Assembly (NCBI RefSeq): GCF_028641065.1 | Contig: NC_073384.1 | Span: forward strand, 32,736,001 to 32,800,000 | DNA: 64,000 nt | Source: Leucoraja erinacea | Lineage: Eukaryota | Direction: 5' to 3' | Shown here: positions 40,343 to 52,667 of the stretch, piece after piece | Layout of the letters: each line of letters begins with the position of its first letter | How positions within the stretch are numbered: the first letter of the stretch is position 1 | The notes under the pieces: generated by a model | Told to the model about the DNA's origin: nothing | What the model saw: the letters and a program-made list of their open reading frames with translations, nothing else | The model's database searches: none | Translations under genes and position numbers: made by a program

Positions 40343-41037
40343 AGGGCCTGTCCCACTTGCATGTCCTTGGCACGCTAATTACGCGACCTCGTGGTCGCGT
40401 TCAGGTGCGACGGTCCCGCGAAGGTCGCGCGCGATTTTATTCGACCGCACAGCTGTCTGGAGCGCGTGACATCATTTGAAGATGGACACAAAATGCTGGA
40501 GTGACTCAGCGGGACCGGCAGCATCTCTGGAGAGAACGAATGGGTGATGTTTCGTGTCGAGACTCTTCTTCAGTCTGAAAGAAGGGTCTTGACCCAAAAC
40601 ATCACCCATTGCTTCTCTCCAGAGATGCTGCCGGTCCCGCTGAGTTACTCCTGCATTTTGTGTCCATCTTCAATTTTCTTGGCCCCTCTCTGGGATTAGA
40701 AGTGGGGGCGGATCCGGACCGCAACGGCCGTGAGCCCCAGGCCGAGTTTGGCGATCGTTTGCCTGCTTCTGCTGCTGTTGAAGGTGAGGCGTTGCGTCAC
40801 GCCAGGGTCTTGGGACTGTCCCATTTTGGCCGTCAGTTCCGCGACAGGCCGTTGGCGCGCGAAGATTTTGTTTGCTACAAAAATTTAAGAGCCCCGCGCG
40901 ATGTCGCGCACATCTCCATACCGCTCGGCGCTTCTCAGTGGGACCGGCCCGCGCGGCCATACGATGCCCATGCGCCTCAATGTAACCACGAGGTCGCGTA
41001 ATTTGCGTGCCAAGGACACGTAAGTGGGACAGGCCCT
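40343..41037. mobile_element. PIF/Harbinger MITE containing a Penelope-derived palindrome
   Basis: TIR AGGGCCTGTCCCACTT...AAGTGGGACAGGCCCT with TAA TSD on both sides and extended subterminal inverted similarity. Confidence 0.88.
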
Positions 41038-44000
41038 TAACTCTACTGTACAAATATCCTTCTTTAGATGGGGAGATCACATCAGTACATAATATTGCAG
41101 AAGCAGTCTCAACAGGAGTTAGAAATATATATTTCCTCTTGTTCTTAAATTCTCTTGCAGTTCAAGCCCAAGTACTCTTTGCCTTCCAGTACACTTTTTG
41201 TATTAACTAATATTGTGATTTATGTACAAGAATATCCAGATCCCTCTGAACAGTAACCCCTTTCAATCTCTCAGCACTGACAAAATCCAGTGCAGGGTTG
41301 GGGCAGCTTGAAGGAATGGAGATTGATGTCTTGAAGAAGATTTAGGAAACTTTAAATAGGTTTGGAATTTATCTTGAAAATTCAACAATGTGATTTTTTT
41401 AGATATCAGTGTATTTGAATCTTGATTTCTCAAGTCAGTGCATCTCCAGTAAATTACTACTGTACTAAATATATGACTTTATTAAATAACTTACCTTCCT
41501 CATTGTATAACAAACTAGAAGGGCAGGACATTATACTACCCAAATCATTTTGCCCAAAAAGATAGCGATGGTTACAAAATGGCATATTCTGATTCACAAC
41601 CATTAAGCAAGATTAAAGATTTTACATGCAGGATTTATGTTTACTGTATTCATTTAGCATAATTTTGTAGTCTTCGTCAATTAGCCGAAAGAACAAGTTA
41701 TATCTTTAAACATGTAAGAGTGGTTTCAAAACTTTATCCAGGAAGTTCAATACTTTATAACACTCCAAATCCTCCAATTGCCCAGCCCTGCTACAAACAG
41801 TTCTGAATCAAGACTGAACAATAAGCTTCTTTGAAAACAATCATCCTTGCATTCCACAAGAAAGGAAACGGACACACTGTTGACGCACACAAGAGTGCAC
41901 TTAAACACCAGTAGACTATAAATAGAACACATTTTAGCGAAATATATGCTGGGCATAGGTCAACTGCCTCAAAACCTTGGCAATTCTGTCCCTATTTGCA
42001 CAGCATTTAAAAAAAAAAATGTAAAAACTGAAAAAGGAGAACAACAAGTACATTTTCTGACAGGAAAGAAACAGGAGGTAGTGAATTCAAATTAACTTTC
42101 ACAAACGGTAGAAACATCTTTTATGAACACCTCATTGGGTGTGTGAGAGGATCGAACAGGAAGCACCTTTCCACCACTAATACAAATTAATGCACTATTT
42201 ACTTCCTAACACCTAACATTTCTCTGACTTGCATATAAAATTAAGGATACTTGACAGAGTTGAATTGGAAAAAATTGTATTCATGTCAAAATGAAATAAA
42301 ATGCATTCATACTATACCTTTGATGTAATGAAATAAAGTAAATAATTTAATTTACACTGTTTTACACTGAGTCATGGAATGAGGTATTAGATCCAATGAC
42401 ATAGGACATAGATTTTAAGATTGAACTTAAAACGAGAAAGGAGCAGACAGGGGTTAAGGGAAGATATCAATCTTAGTTACAAGTGGAATAAAGATCACAT
42501 GAAGTAGACTGGCCAAAAGCATGACCATGAATATAGCTGAGTATATTTATATCTGCAGTGATACTTTGAAGAAAAATCAGAGAAAAGTGAGAAGAATTGA
42601 AGTGGAGTTTGAATCACATGACAGGAAGTTGCTATGGAGTGGGCATTTCGGGAAATAAATTAAAAATAAATTTTACTGAGAAACGTGAAGATTGTTTTGA
42701 AACTAATATGTCAGTGACCAAACATGGAGTTTACTAAATAATTATTAGAGTACCATAAAACAGCAGAACAGAATACTTATATCTCTGCTAATACAGACAT
42801 GAATCTAAAACAGAAAAAAAACTCATTGATCGTAATGTCCAGCATCATGCAAGCTGTGGAAGAAATCATGTTCTGAGGATTTGCATTACAACAATGTTAG
42901 AGAAAGTAAATTACATCACTTTCCAGGAGTGTTTTTTACTGAACGTATAAAGGAGAAAGTTGTACTTTTCCCAGAAATGTATCCTTCATATTCAGAAGTT
43001 CACAATTTATCAAAAATCACACTATCTTTATCTCACTAAAGAAGTGCATCAATTGTTCTAGTGCCTTATGATTCTCTTTTGGTAAAACAAAAGGGAACCA
43101 AGGGAAAAGGGCCCCCAAAAATCTTCAATGAACAACTGTTGAATCATTCAGCATCCATTCAGAAATCGGAGGTGCAAAGGGACTTGTTTACACAAGTGGG
43201 AGAGTCTAGGACTAGAGGCCATAGTCTCAGAATAAAAGGACGTACCTTTAGAAAGGAGGTGAAGAGGAATTTATTTTGTCAGAGTGGCGAATCTGTGGAA
43301 TTCATTGTTACAGACGGCTGTGAGGGCGCCAATGGATATTTTTAAGGCGGAGATTGACAGATTCTTGATTAGTACGAGTGTCAGGGGTTATGGGGCAAAG
43401 GCAAGAGAGCGGGATTGAGAGGGAAAGATAGATCAGCCATGATTGAATGGCGGAGTAGACTTTATGGGCCGAATGGCCTTAATCTGCTCCGAGAACTTAT
43501 GAAGGCAAGTAGTGCACCAATACGCAGCCTTGCTCTCATAAAAAAAATGTTCATGTAGATTTAACTTAAAATATGACACATTGACAATCAACTACAGATA
43601 TTCACACATATATTTCCTCCAGAAAATAGATCTTGCAAATTAAATATTCTGTCTGAAATCTTCAAAGCCCCCGGCTGGCGATGGCGATTGTCCCAGGGCC
43701 ATTAAATTAGACGCCGGGTGGTGCGAGGTCGCACACCGGGTCTTGGTGTTAAAGCCCCCGGCGTACGCTCGCAGAGTCCCGCGGCCATTCCAAGCCGCGC
43801 GGGGCAGTGATGTAGGCCCCGCTCCAGGAGCTATTAAATATTCTGTCTGAAATCTTAACTTCCCTGCTGTACACAGATGATAACAGGGAAAGTTCCAAGA
43901 TTAGAAATGTCTTATGCTCTCTCACAGACATCTGTTATAAATATTCTAGATAAACAAACCACTGGAACAAAAAAGAACCAGAGAATATTTCAGATACAGA

Positions 44001-44070
44001 GCTGTCAAACGTTATTTAATGCAAGAAAGTCATGAATTAGAGGAGCAAATCATGATCAATTCATACATGT

Positions 44071-44258
44071 TTAAACAAGAACTGCAGATGCTGGGAAAAT
44101 CGAAGGTAGACAAAAATGCTGGAGAAACTCAGCGGATGAGGCAGCATCTATGGAGTGAAGGAGGGTCTGAAGAAAGGTCTCGACCCGAAACGTCACCTAT
44201 TCCTTCACTCCGCAGATGCTGCCTCACCCGCTGAGCTTCTCCAGCATTTTTGTCTACC
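44071..44258 (+). mobile_element. Short palindromic Penelope-derived insert with 16-bp TSD
   Basis: Inverted arms (ggtagacaaaaatgctggagaaactcagcgg... / ...ccgctgagcttctccagcatttttgtctacc) flanked by a perfect repeat atcaattcatacatgt (44055-44070, 44259-44274). Confidence 0.85.
44163..44198 (+). ncRNA. Minimal type I hammerhead ribozyme motif
   Basis: GGGU-CUGAAGA-aa-GGU(CUCG)ACC-c-GAAA-C-GUC-ACCU: stem I GGGU/ACCU, both core boxes intact, GUC triplet at 44192-44194; base of stem II mismatched. Confidence 0.6.
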
Positions 44259-44467
44259 ATCAATTCATACATGTGCCTCAGGCATGCACTATCTATAGTG
44301 AAGCCTAAATAAGATTGCCAAGATCTCCATTAAGAGCCCTTGGAAAAGTTGAGTAACTTGTGAAACAAAAGATAAATTACTTTCTAGCGTTAATATGATT
44401 TAAATGAATGATAAGAAATACTTCTGAGTTTTTAACCCTGACTTCCTTCTTTATTTGTAATTCATTA

Positions 44468-44707
44468 CAGGTCATCCCCAGCTTACAGACACTCAAAGTA
44501 TGTATAGGCCCAACAAACAACTACGCATTTGGGAAACACGCGGGATGAATTTGCCAGCTGCTGCATGCATCTTCTGCTGTGTGCAAACAACACAGTAGAA
44601 GATGCATGCAGCAGCTGCCAAATGTGGCCAAATTTCCAACTGGCGAACTGTCAGGGTTACAAACAGTTCACAGGAATGTAATGCTGCTGTAACCAAGGGC
44701 GGTCCTG
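44468..44707. mobile_element. Small degenerate Tigger-like palindromic MITE
   Basis: TA-CAGGTCATCCCC ... GGGCGGTCCTG-TA termini and central hairpin gctgctgcatgcatcttctgctgtgt / acacagtagaagatgcatgcagcagc. Confidence 0.5.
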
Positions 44708-45319
44708 TACTATTATTCATGTTGTACACACAAACAGCATTAAAGGAGCTTACTGCTATTGAAATGCTTGCTTTATCTCCTTTTGTTAATATTTGAGCAC
44801 AATAAAAAAAAATGCAAAAGATTTGTTTACATGCTAAAAATATTCAGGCAGAATCCATGAGGGGGAAACAGAGAAAACTTTTCAGAAATTACCTTTAACT
44901 AGCAAACGGAAAAGTACGAAATTGAACAAGTGTTAAATTATGGGGGAAACGTGGTGACTGAGTAGTGATGCACTCAGAGGTGCTGTTGGCTGAGAGAGCG
45001 TGGGGAGAGCCTGTGATTAGGTGATTAACCTACGATTTGTCTGGAGAATTAAAAGGAGATAAATGAGAACAGCTGAGAGAGAAAAAAAAATAGAAAATAA
45101 AACACTGCAATTGCCAGAAATCTGAAAAATACTGGAGATTCCCAGCAGATCATGCAGCATCTGCGGAAAGACAAAAGCTGAATTAACGTTATACATTGAT
45201 TTTCCATCAGAACTCACTGGATCCGATACACCTACTAAAAGTGCTGATTAGTTAAATTAATGAATTGTTAAGTTACACGCCCAGTGGGAAGATGAAATGT
45301 TCTACCTTAAGTTTTGGTT

Positions 45320-45610
45320 GGGCTTTGTTGAAGAAACTAAATGTAGATTGGGTGACGACTTTGCAGACCACGGCCATTCAGTCCATAATGGTGACCAGGG
45401 ACTCCAGTCACTTTGTTCATCTCATCACTACTCTGACCCCTCTGACTTTAGACCCTGCTGTCACAATGCCCAATATAAACTTGAGGAACACATCCCATCT
45501 TCCCACCAAGCCACTGACTTGAAACATTGACTGTTACTCTTTCCACAGATGTTGCTCGACTTGCTGAACATTTCTGGCATTTTCGTTGTTGTATTTCCAA
45601 CATCCTGAGG
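45320..45610 (+). mobile_element. Old Penelope GIY-YIG fragment
   Basis: ORF 45297-45530 contains FVEETKCRLGDDFADH and YKLEEH, degenerate versions of YIGETKRRLGNRFAEH and RKLEEQH seen in 32560-32818. Confidence 0.55.
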
Positions 45611-45982
45611 TTTTCCTTTCATTTTCAATGGATGTAAGAGTTCGACTGGTGCAACTGCCATTTATAGACAGCTGAGTGAGTGTGTAAATACAAGGAACTG
45701 CAGATGCTGGAATCTTGAGCAAAACACAGAGTGCTGGAGTAACTCAGCGGATCAGGCAGCATCTGCAGGGGGAATGGACATGCGCTGTTTCGGGTTGGGT
45801 TCCCTCTTCAGGGTGTGAAGAAGGTTCCTGACCTGAAATGTCATCTGTCTATTCTCTCCATAGATGCTGCCTAACCCACTGAAATCCTCCAGAACTTTAT
45901 GTTTTGAACAAGAGTGTACACTCCATTCAACATTTACAAAACTATTTACAAGCCATTAACTCTAAAGTCATAAAACACCTCA

Positions 45983-46696
<714 letters not shown>

Positions 46697-47695
46697 CTAT
46701 CAAAGTTCAATATCTTAGCACTGAAGTTTTACCTCAGTTGTCTGTACAATGATATACTTCTGAAGTAAAAGTTTACACTTTTAATAATATTCCTTTTAAT
46801 GTAGAAAAGCGGAGATATAACCACTAAATCTTCCAGTGTATTGGATATGAACTGTTTAGCAGTTTAAAAATTATACAGTGGATCACTTCTGACATTTTTT
46901 TCTCACTTTTGTCCTTAGTTCAGAATTCAGGTCACGGACTTTTCTTGGGATGTTGCCAAAAGTCACGATTGTCAACATGCAGCAGGCTTTTGCAAGGTGG
47001 GTCAGCCTTGCTGTTTTTTTCCTTTCTTCCTGGCAAGTCGCAACACACTACAGACTGCACTGCTTCCAGCAGCCCAAATGAGAAAGCACATTCACCTACT
47101 GCGAGTCACTTTACAATCTCTCTCAGCTCAGAAGGCCATCGATTAGAGAATGGCCATTGTCTTACTTGTTACAGTTAAAATGGTGCTGATTTCATCAACT
47201 TACATAGTAAGTGGAACAAATCTATCAAGTTTGGACTCTTTAGAGAAAAAACAACAAAATCACAACTGAAACATAATGTAAACATTCACCCATTTCTTAG
47301 CAAAGACAGTACCACAGCAGAGATCCTTCTATTGAATATTTTAATGGAATGTCTTTAATCTTTAAAGCAAAATATTGTAGCCTGTTGCTTAAACAAACAA
47401 GCTTTAATGTATTACGTTCAGTGTTTCACTGCTTACCTACTCATGCGCAACAAAGCTGTCATGTTCATTATTAGGATGTTGCCTGAATTTAGCTTCAGCT
47501 GTAAAAGCCTTATGCACATAAAACAATTTGAATAAAAACAAGCTTTTTACACCTGACGTTACTTCCTGTGTAAAAAAAATCAGGCTTGCCACTAAAGCGG
47601 TTTATTGTTGAGAATAGTTAAGAGGAAATGGGAACAACGGAACTTACACTTGTGGCCAATCAGGAAAATTTCAGGGATGAATGGAAATTGCTTAC

Positions 47696-47823
47696 CTCAG
47701 CCTTCTCTTTGCAAGACTTTTTGAACAAATCCTTTCCATACTGCTCTGCAAGTTAAGCAATGCAGTTATGGCTTGCTTTAAGCATTCTTTGTCTTCTTCA
47801 TTGTCACTTTTCTCTTCTAATTG
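47696..47823 (-). CDS. SOS1: SOS1 exon 9 (128 nt), DH domain C-terminus
   Basis: [42 protein letters not shown](S); acceptor tcaacag, donor gtaagc. Confidence 0.95.
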
Positions 47824-50410
47824 CTGTTGAGATGAGAAAAGAATAAAGTTTGGGCAGTTTACAAAGATTGTTTAAATGAGGAATAAAATGATATGATGCA
47901 TTGAGAAACACGACTGCGAGAATTTGAAGAATATAAAAATGTTTGAATTTTTATTTGTAGCAACTATCAACAGATTCAGACTGAATTGAAATCTGCTTTT
48001 TAATAGACTTTACAAAAAACAGTAAAAGAATGTTCAAACGTTATCCTACTTTAATGATAATGGATGCCCGCTGCATTACGCAAACTGAAGTTAAGTGAAC
48101 AGAGATGGCAAAGAAAAACAATAGAAGGTTAGCAATAGTGAGATAAAAACATTTTGATACTTTTTTTTCAGGTAAGTCAGCTTTACTTTTCATATTAACA
48201 ACATTAGGCATTTCAGATGTCAGGTATTTATTTGCTAGGACATCATGACCATGGGAGTAAAAATATAGAAGTAAAACCAGAACTGCAAGTATCCCTCCTG
48301 ATTATGGAATAGCAGCTAAGAAGCATCTCGCAAACCCTGTAAACATACATAAACAAGCAGTCTATTATTTTAGGGACATATTTTCCACTGTCATTCTGAT
48401 TTTTCGTGCACTTTTATTTTCATGTAATTGGTCTGAGAGGTTTTGCCTTTCTGGGCTTCACATGCTATTCTACAACTTTGTGCACTGTTCCACCCCGGTC
48501 ACTCCTCCTTTTCCCGGCTTCCATCAGGCAGAAGGTATAGAAGCTTGAAAACACACACCACTAGACACCAGAGCAGTCAGTATCTTCCAATTTCGGTTAA
48601 CAGGCTTCAAAATGGTCCGTCCATAAGTTAGGGGATTGTCTGATCCTCAGCTACCCCATTGCAAACATTGGACTTTGTCTCCGGAACGGTTGCCCTAGAA
48701 AATCAGAGAACTATATTCTGCACTCTGTATTTTCCCCTTTGCTCAACCTATTGTTGAGTTTGGCTTGATTGTAGTTATGTACAGTGTTATCTGATTTGAT
48801 TGGATAGCATGCAAAACAACGCTTTTCACTGTACCTCGGTACACCTGACAATAATAAACGTAAACTTAAAAAATCAGCTCTGGGGCTTCTGGGGCTGTTT
48901 ACATTCTATGTTAAGAGTTAGATGAAATGGTTAGCAGTATACTTTGAGGAAGCCTAGCTCTGAGAAGAGCACCAAGACCCTGTGAACTGACATAAAAGGT
49001 TAAAAGGTCAAGTATGATGTGAAGAAATTTGAGGTTAATCAATTTGGTTGGAAATTTTTTTAAATGGAGTACAGTTTAAAATATAACATTTAAATATTGG
49101 TACGAAGAAGGATTTTCAGTGTCCTTGCAAATGGAGAAACTGAAACTTAAGATGCATATATTTTGATCAATTGGGAAAGCAAATGGAATGCTGACTTTTA
49201 CTGTAAAGAAATTGGCAAGATTCGGAAGCCTTGCTGCAATCACAAAGAGCTTTGACAAGATTACACTTGGAAGTGACATCTGCTTTAGTTCACTCCAAGG
49301 GAAAAAAGAGGTGCAGTCAACAAAAGCTCACTCAATTAACTCCTGACATGAAGGCTTTGTCTAATGATAACAGTTTGTGGAAGATGGGCCATTGCTCTTG
49401 CAGTTAAATACTGGAAGTTGATCTCATTGAATCAGATAAACCTATGAAAAGGTTAACATAAAATTCTGGAGTAACTCAGCGAGATAGGCAGCATCTCTGG
49501 AGAGAAGGAATAGGTGACGTTTCAGATCTTGACACGACCCGAAACATCACCCATTCCTTCTCGCCAAAGATGCTGCCTGTCCCGCTGAGTTACTCCAGCA
49601 TTTTGTGTCTATCTTCGATTTAAACCAGCATCTACAGTTCTTTCCTACACAACCAATGAAAAGCTTAAACAGTTGGATTCTGAAGGGCCTGCTTCCCTAA
49701 CTGGAAATCTTAAAATCGATCAGAATAAAGCCCAGGTGATTTAGAGCTGAGGGGAAAATAAATTTCTTAGCTCAGAAGATTGAGAGTTTGTGGAATTCTC
49801 TACCCATCAGTACATTAGATATTCATATGTTGAATGCTGCTGAAGTAGATACTTGGGCTCAAAGGAAATTAAGAGATAAAGATGTTGGGTGGAAAAATAG
49901 AGGCTGAAGATCTGTCATGATCTTACTTAAAAGATAAAAATGCTCAAGATGTTGTTGCTGTTGTTACTCCTGCTCTTACTTCTTTGGAATCAGCAATTAA
50001 ATTACAATAATTTTTAAAATGTTTTAAGCGATTAAATTACAATAATTAAAAAAATGTTTTTCCTTGATGAATCATGATCAACAAACTCACTAAGAGTCCT
50101 TTAGAAGATGCAACATGTTATGGTGCTGGATAGAGTGTACGTGGTCATTCAAAAGGCATTGAAGGGGTACTTATACAAGCACGATTAGGGTTGTGAAATC
50201 AGAGGAAATGTTAGACGGGTAAAATCAGTTTAAGTGGATGGATATTCTTCATGAGGTTTGGCTCAGCTATCTCCTCTGGATTGATTTCTACCAAATCATG
50301 CTAAATAATATATAGAAATACATGCATTTCACATTCTGGAACATTAGCACTCCATGCATTAAGTCATTGACAGTCAGAGTAGTACAGTGCAAAATAATTC
50401 CTGTACATAC

Positions 50411-50509
50411 CTTTAGAAGTTCAAAATAATGCAAACAATGGTAAACTGGTGCCAGTAACAGTCTAGGAAGAACATACTGCACGGCTTCTTTGAAACCTTC
50501 ACCAATTGA
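50411..50509 (-). CDS. SOS1: SOS1 exon 8 (99 nt), DH domain
   Basis: [33 protein letters not shown]; acceptor tttcag, donor gtatgt. Confidence 0.96.
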
Positions 50510-50613
50510 CTGAAATGAAACATACCAATTAGTCTTGTCAGATCTAGATTAAAATCGTCATTGCTTGTTTAGGAGGCAGATTCTTAGATAGCCACAAACA
50601 TGCAAGTGCTCAC

Positions 50614-50724
50614 CTGCAAATAGAATGCAGCACCAGGCTTTGACAGAAGGCTGAGGAAATGGTCATGAAAACCAGGTCGCAGTATGTCCTGCGCATAGTT
50701 TTCATACGGATCAAATGCTAACTC
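50614..50724 (-). CDS. SOS1: SOS1 exon 7 (111 nt), DH domain
   Basis: [37 protein letters not shown]; acceptor cttacag, donor gtgagc. Confidence 0.95.
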
Positions 50725-51460
50725 CTGTAAGATCAAATATATATTAAAATATGTCATTTTGTGTTAGTAAATATATGCACTTTTCCCACTACTCACTGAA
50801 AAGACATCAAGATTTTGTAAGTTTATGGCAAGGAGAAACATTCATAAATACAACTAACACTGCAGACAGATTTGGCAATAATAAAAGTCATGGCACCAAA
50901 AATGATGGTAACTATGTGTAAAACATGCAATCCCAATTAATACCAAATTATCCAGACAATTTTTGCCAATTCCATTTCCTAAACGTGATATGCTTAAAAT
51001 AATCTCAAAACTGACTGAAGTGGACTTAAAGGAAATGAATCAACTACTAAATTAAATACAATGAACAAGTCAAAATATTTTCCTGCTTTGAGCAACACAA
51101 ATGGAGGCCTCTGAAAAGGCTGCTCTATATAACATATGGCCAGAAAAGGTCAATGGTGGTTTAGAATCTCTTTAAAGAAAAATAATCTTGTATATGTTTT
51201 CACTGTGGCACATCAGTACTCTTCTTAATTCTATGCATTTCTCACAAGTTTGAGACCATACACTGCTGAGATAGAGCTTGTGTTTTTTTCCCCTCTCATT
51301 TTGTTTTATTGCCGCAGTTGCAGCAAATTCAACATGATCATAGCCCGAACCAGATAGCTTAATCTCCCACTTTTGGAAGAAATATCATGTTCTTTGCTGA
51401 AAAAGATCTCGTGATACAGTAAGTTTATCTATTAGTATGGGAAATTTGGTCTATTTGCTA

Positions 51461-51658
<198 letters not shown>

Positions 51659-52084
51659 CTATGAAAAGACAATGATAAAACCTTACGATCTACCTAAGAA
51701 ACTGAATATTTACAACAGTGCAAATTTAGGAATTATTCTCAAATGTTTAAATAGCAAATGCTAATTGTATAAAGGGCCGAATAGCCTACTCCTGCACCAA
51801 TTTTCTATGTTTCTATGTATCTGAGTGTGCAAGGCAATGAACAACATTTATGAGGTGGATAGACAGGGTAGACAGTAAGAATATTTTTCCAATGTTCGGG
51901 GTGTCTAAGACAAGTGGGCATAAGTGTAAAGTGATGAATAGGAAGTATTAAAAGGATCGGAGGGATATATATTTTTTTAAGATCATGTTCAAGATCACGA
52001 GAAAGAGTGAACGCAGAGTCTTTTACCCAGAGCAGAGTAATCAAGAACAAGACAGCATAGGTTAAGGTAAGACAAGAAGGCTCT

Positions 52085-52513
52085 GCAGGGAGTAGTGCGT
52101 TCGGCCGAACGTACCATGGGAACTTCACTCGCCCCCCCTGCAGGAACTATACAACAGGAGGTGCAACTCCAGAGCCAATAAAATCATGGGAGACCCCTTC
52201 CACCCATGCAACGGACTGTTCCAGCTGCTACGGTAAGGCAAACGCCTGCGTTGCCATGCTGTGAGAACGGAGAGGTTGAGAAGGAGTTTCTTCCCAGAGG
52301 CCATTCGGACTGTAAACTCCCATCTCACCAGGGACTAACTTTACTGAACGTTTTTCCTTCCAATATTTAATATGTAAAAGAATATGTGTGTGTTTATAGT
52401 TTGTTTGGTTGTTTGTTTGTTTGTCTTTTTGCACAAAGTCCGCGAGCATTGCCACTTTTCATTTGACTGCACATCTCGTATGTGTATGTGACGAATAAAC
52501 TTGACTTGACTTG
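52085..52513 (+). mobile_element. Rex1/Babar LINE 3' end (same subfamily as 18217-19590) inside a CR1 fragment
   Basis: Near-identical reverse complement of 18217-18655 (ORFs 52125-52328 and 18415+ share the same antisense peptide); tail aataaacttgacttgacttga. Confidence 0.88.
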
Positions 52514-52667
52514 AGAGGGGAAAGATTTAACAAGAACCTGAGGGGCAACTTTCCCCACACAGTGTTGGGTGTTGGGTATATGGAAAGAGGAGGTAGTTGA
52601 GTTGGTTACCATGACAACATTTAAAATAAATTCGGACAGGTACATACGTAGCAAAGGTTGAGGAATA

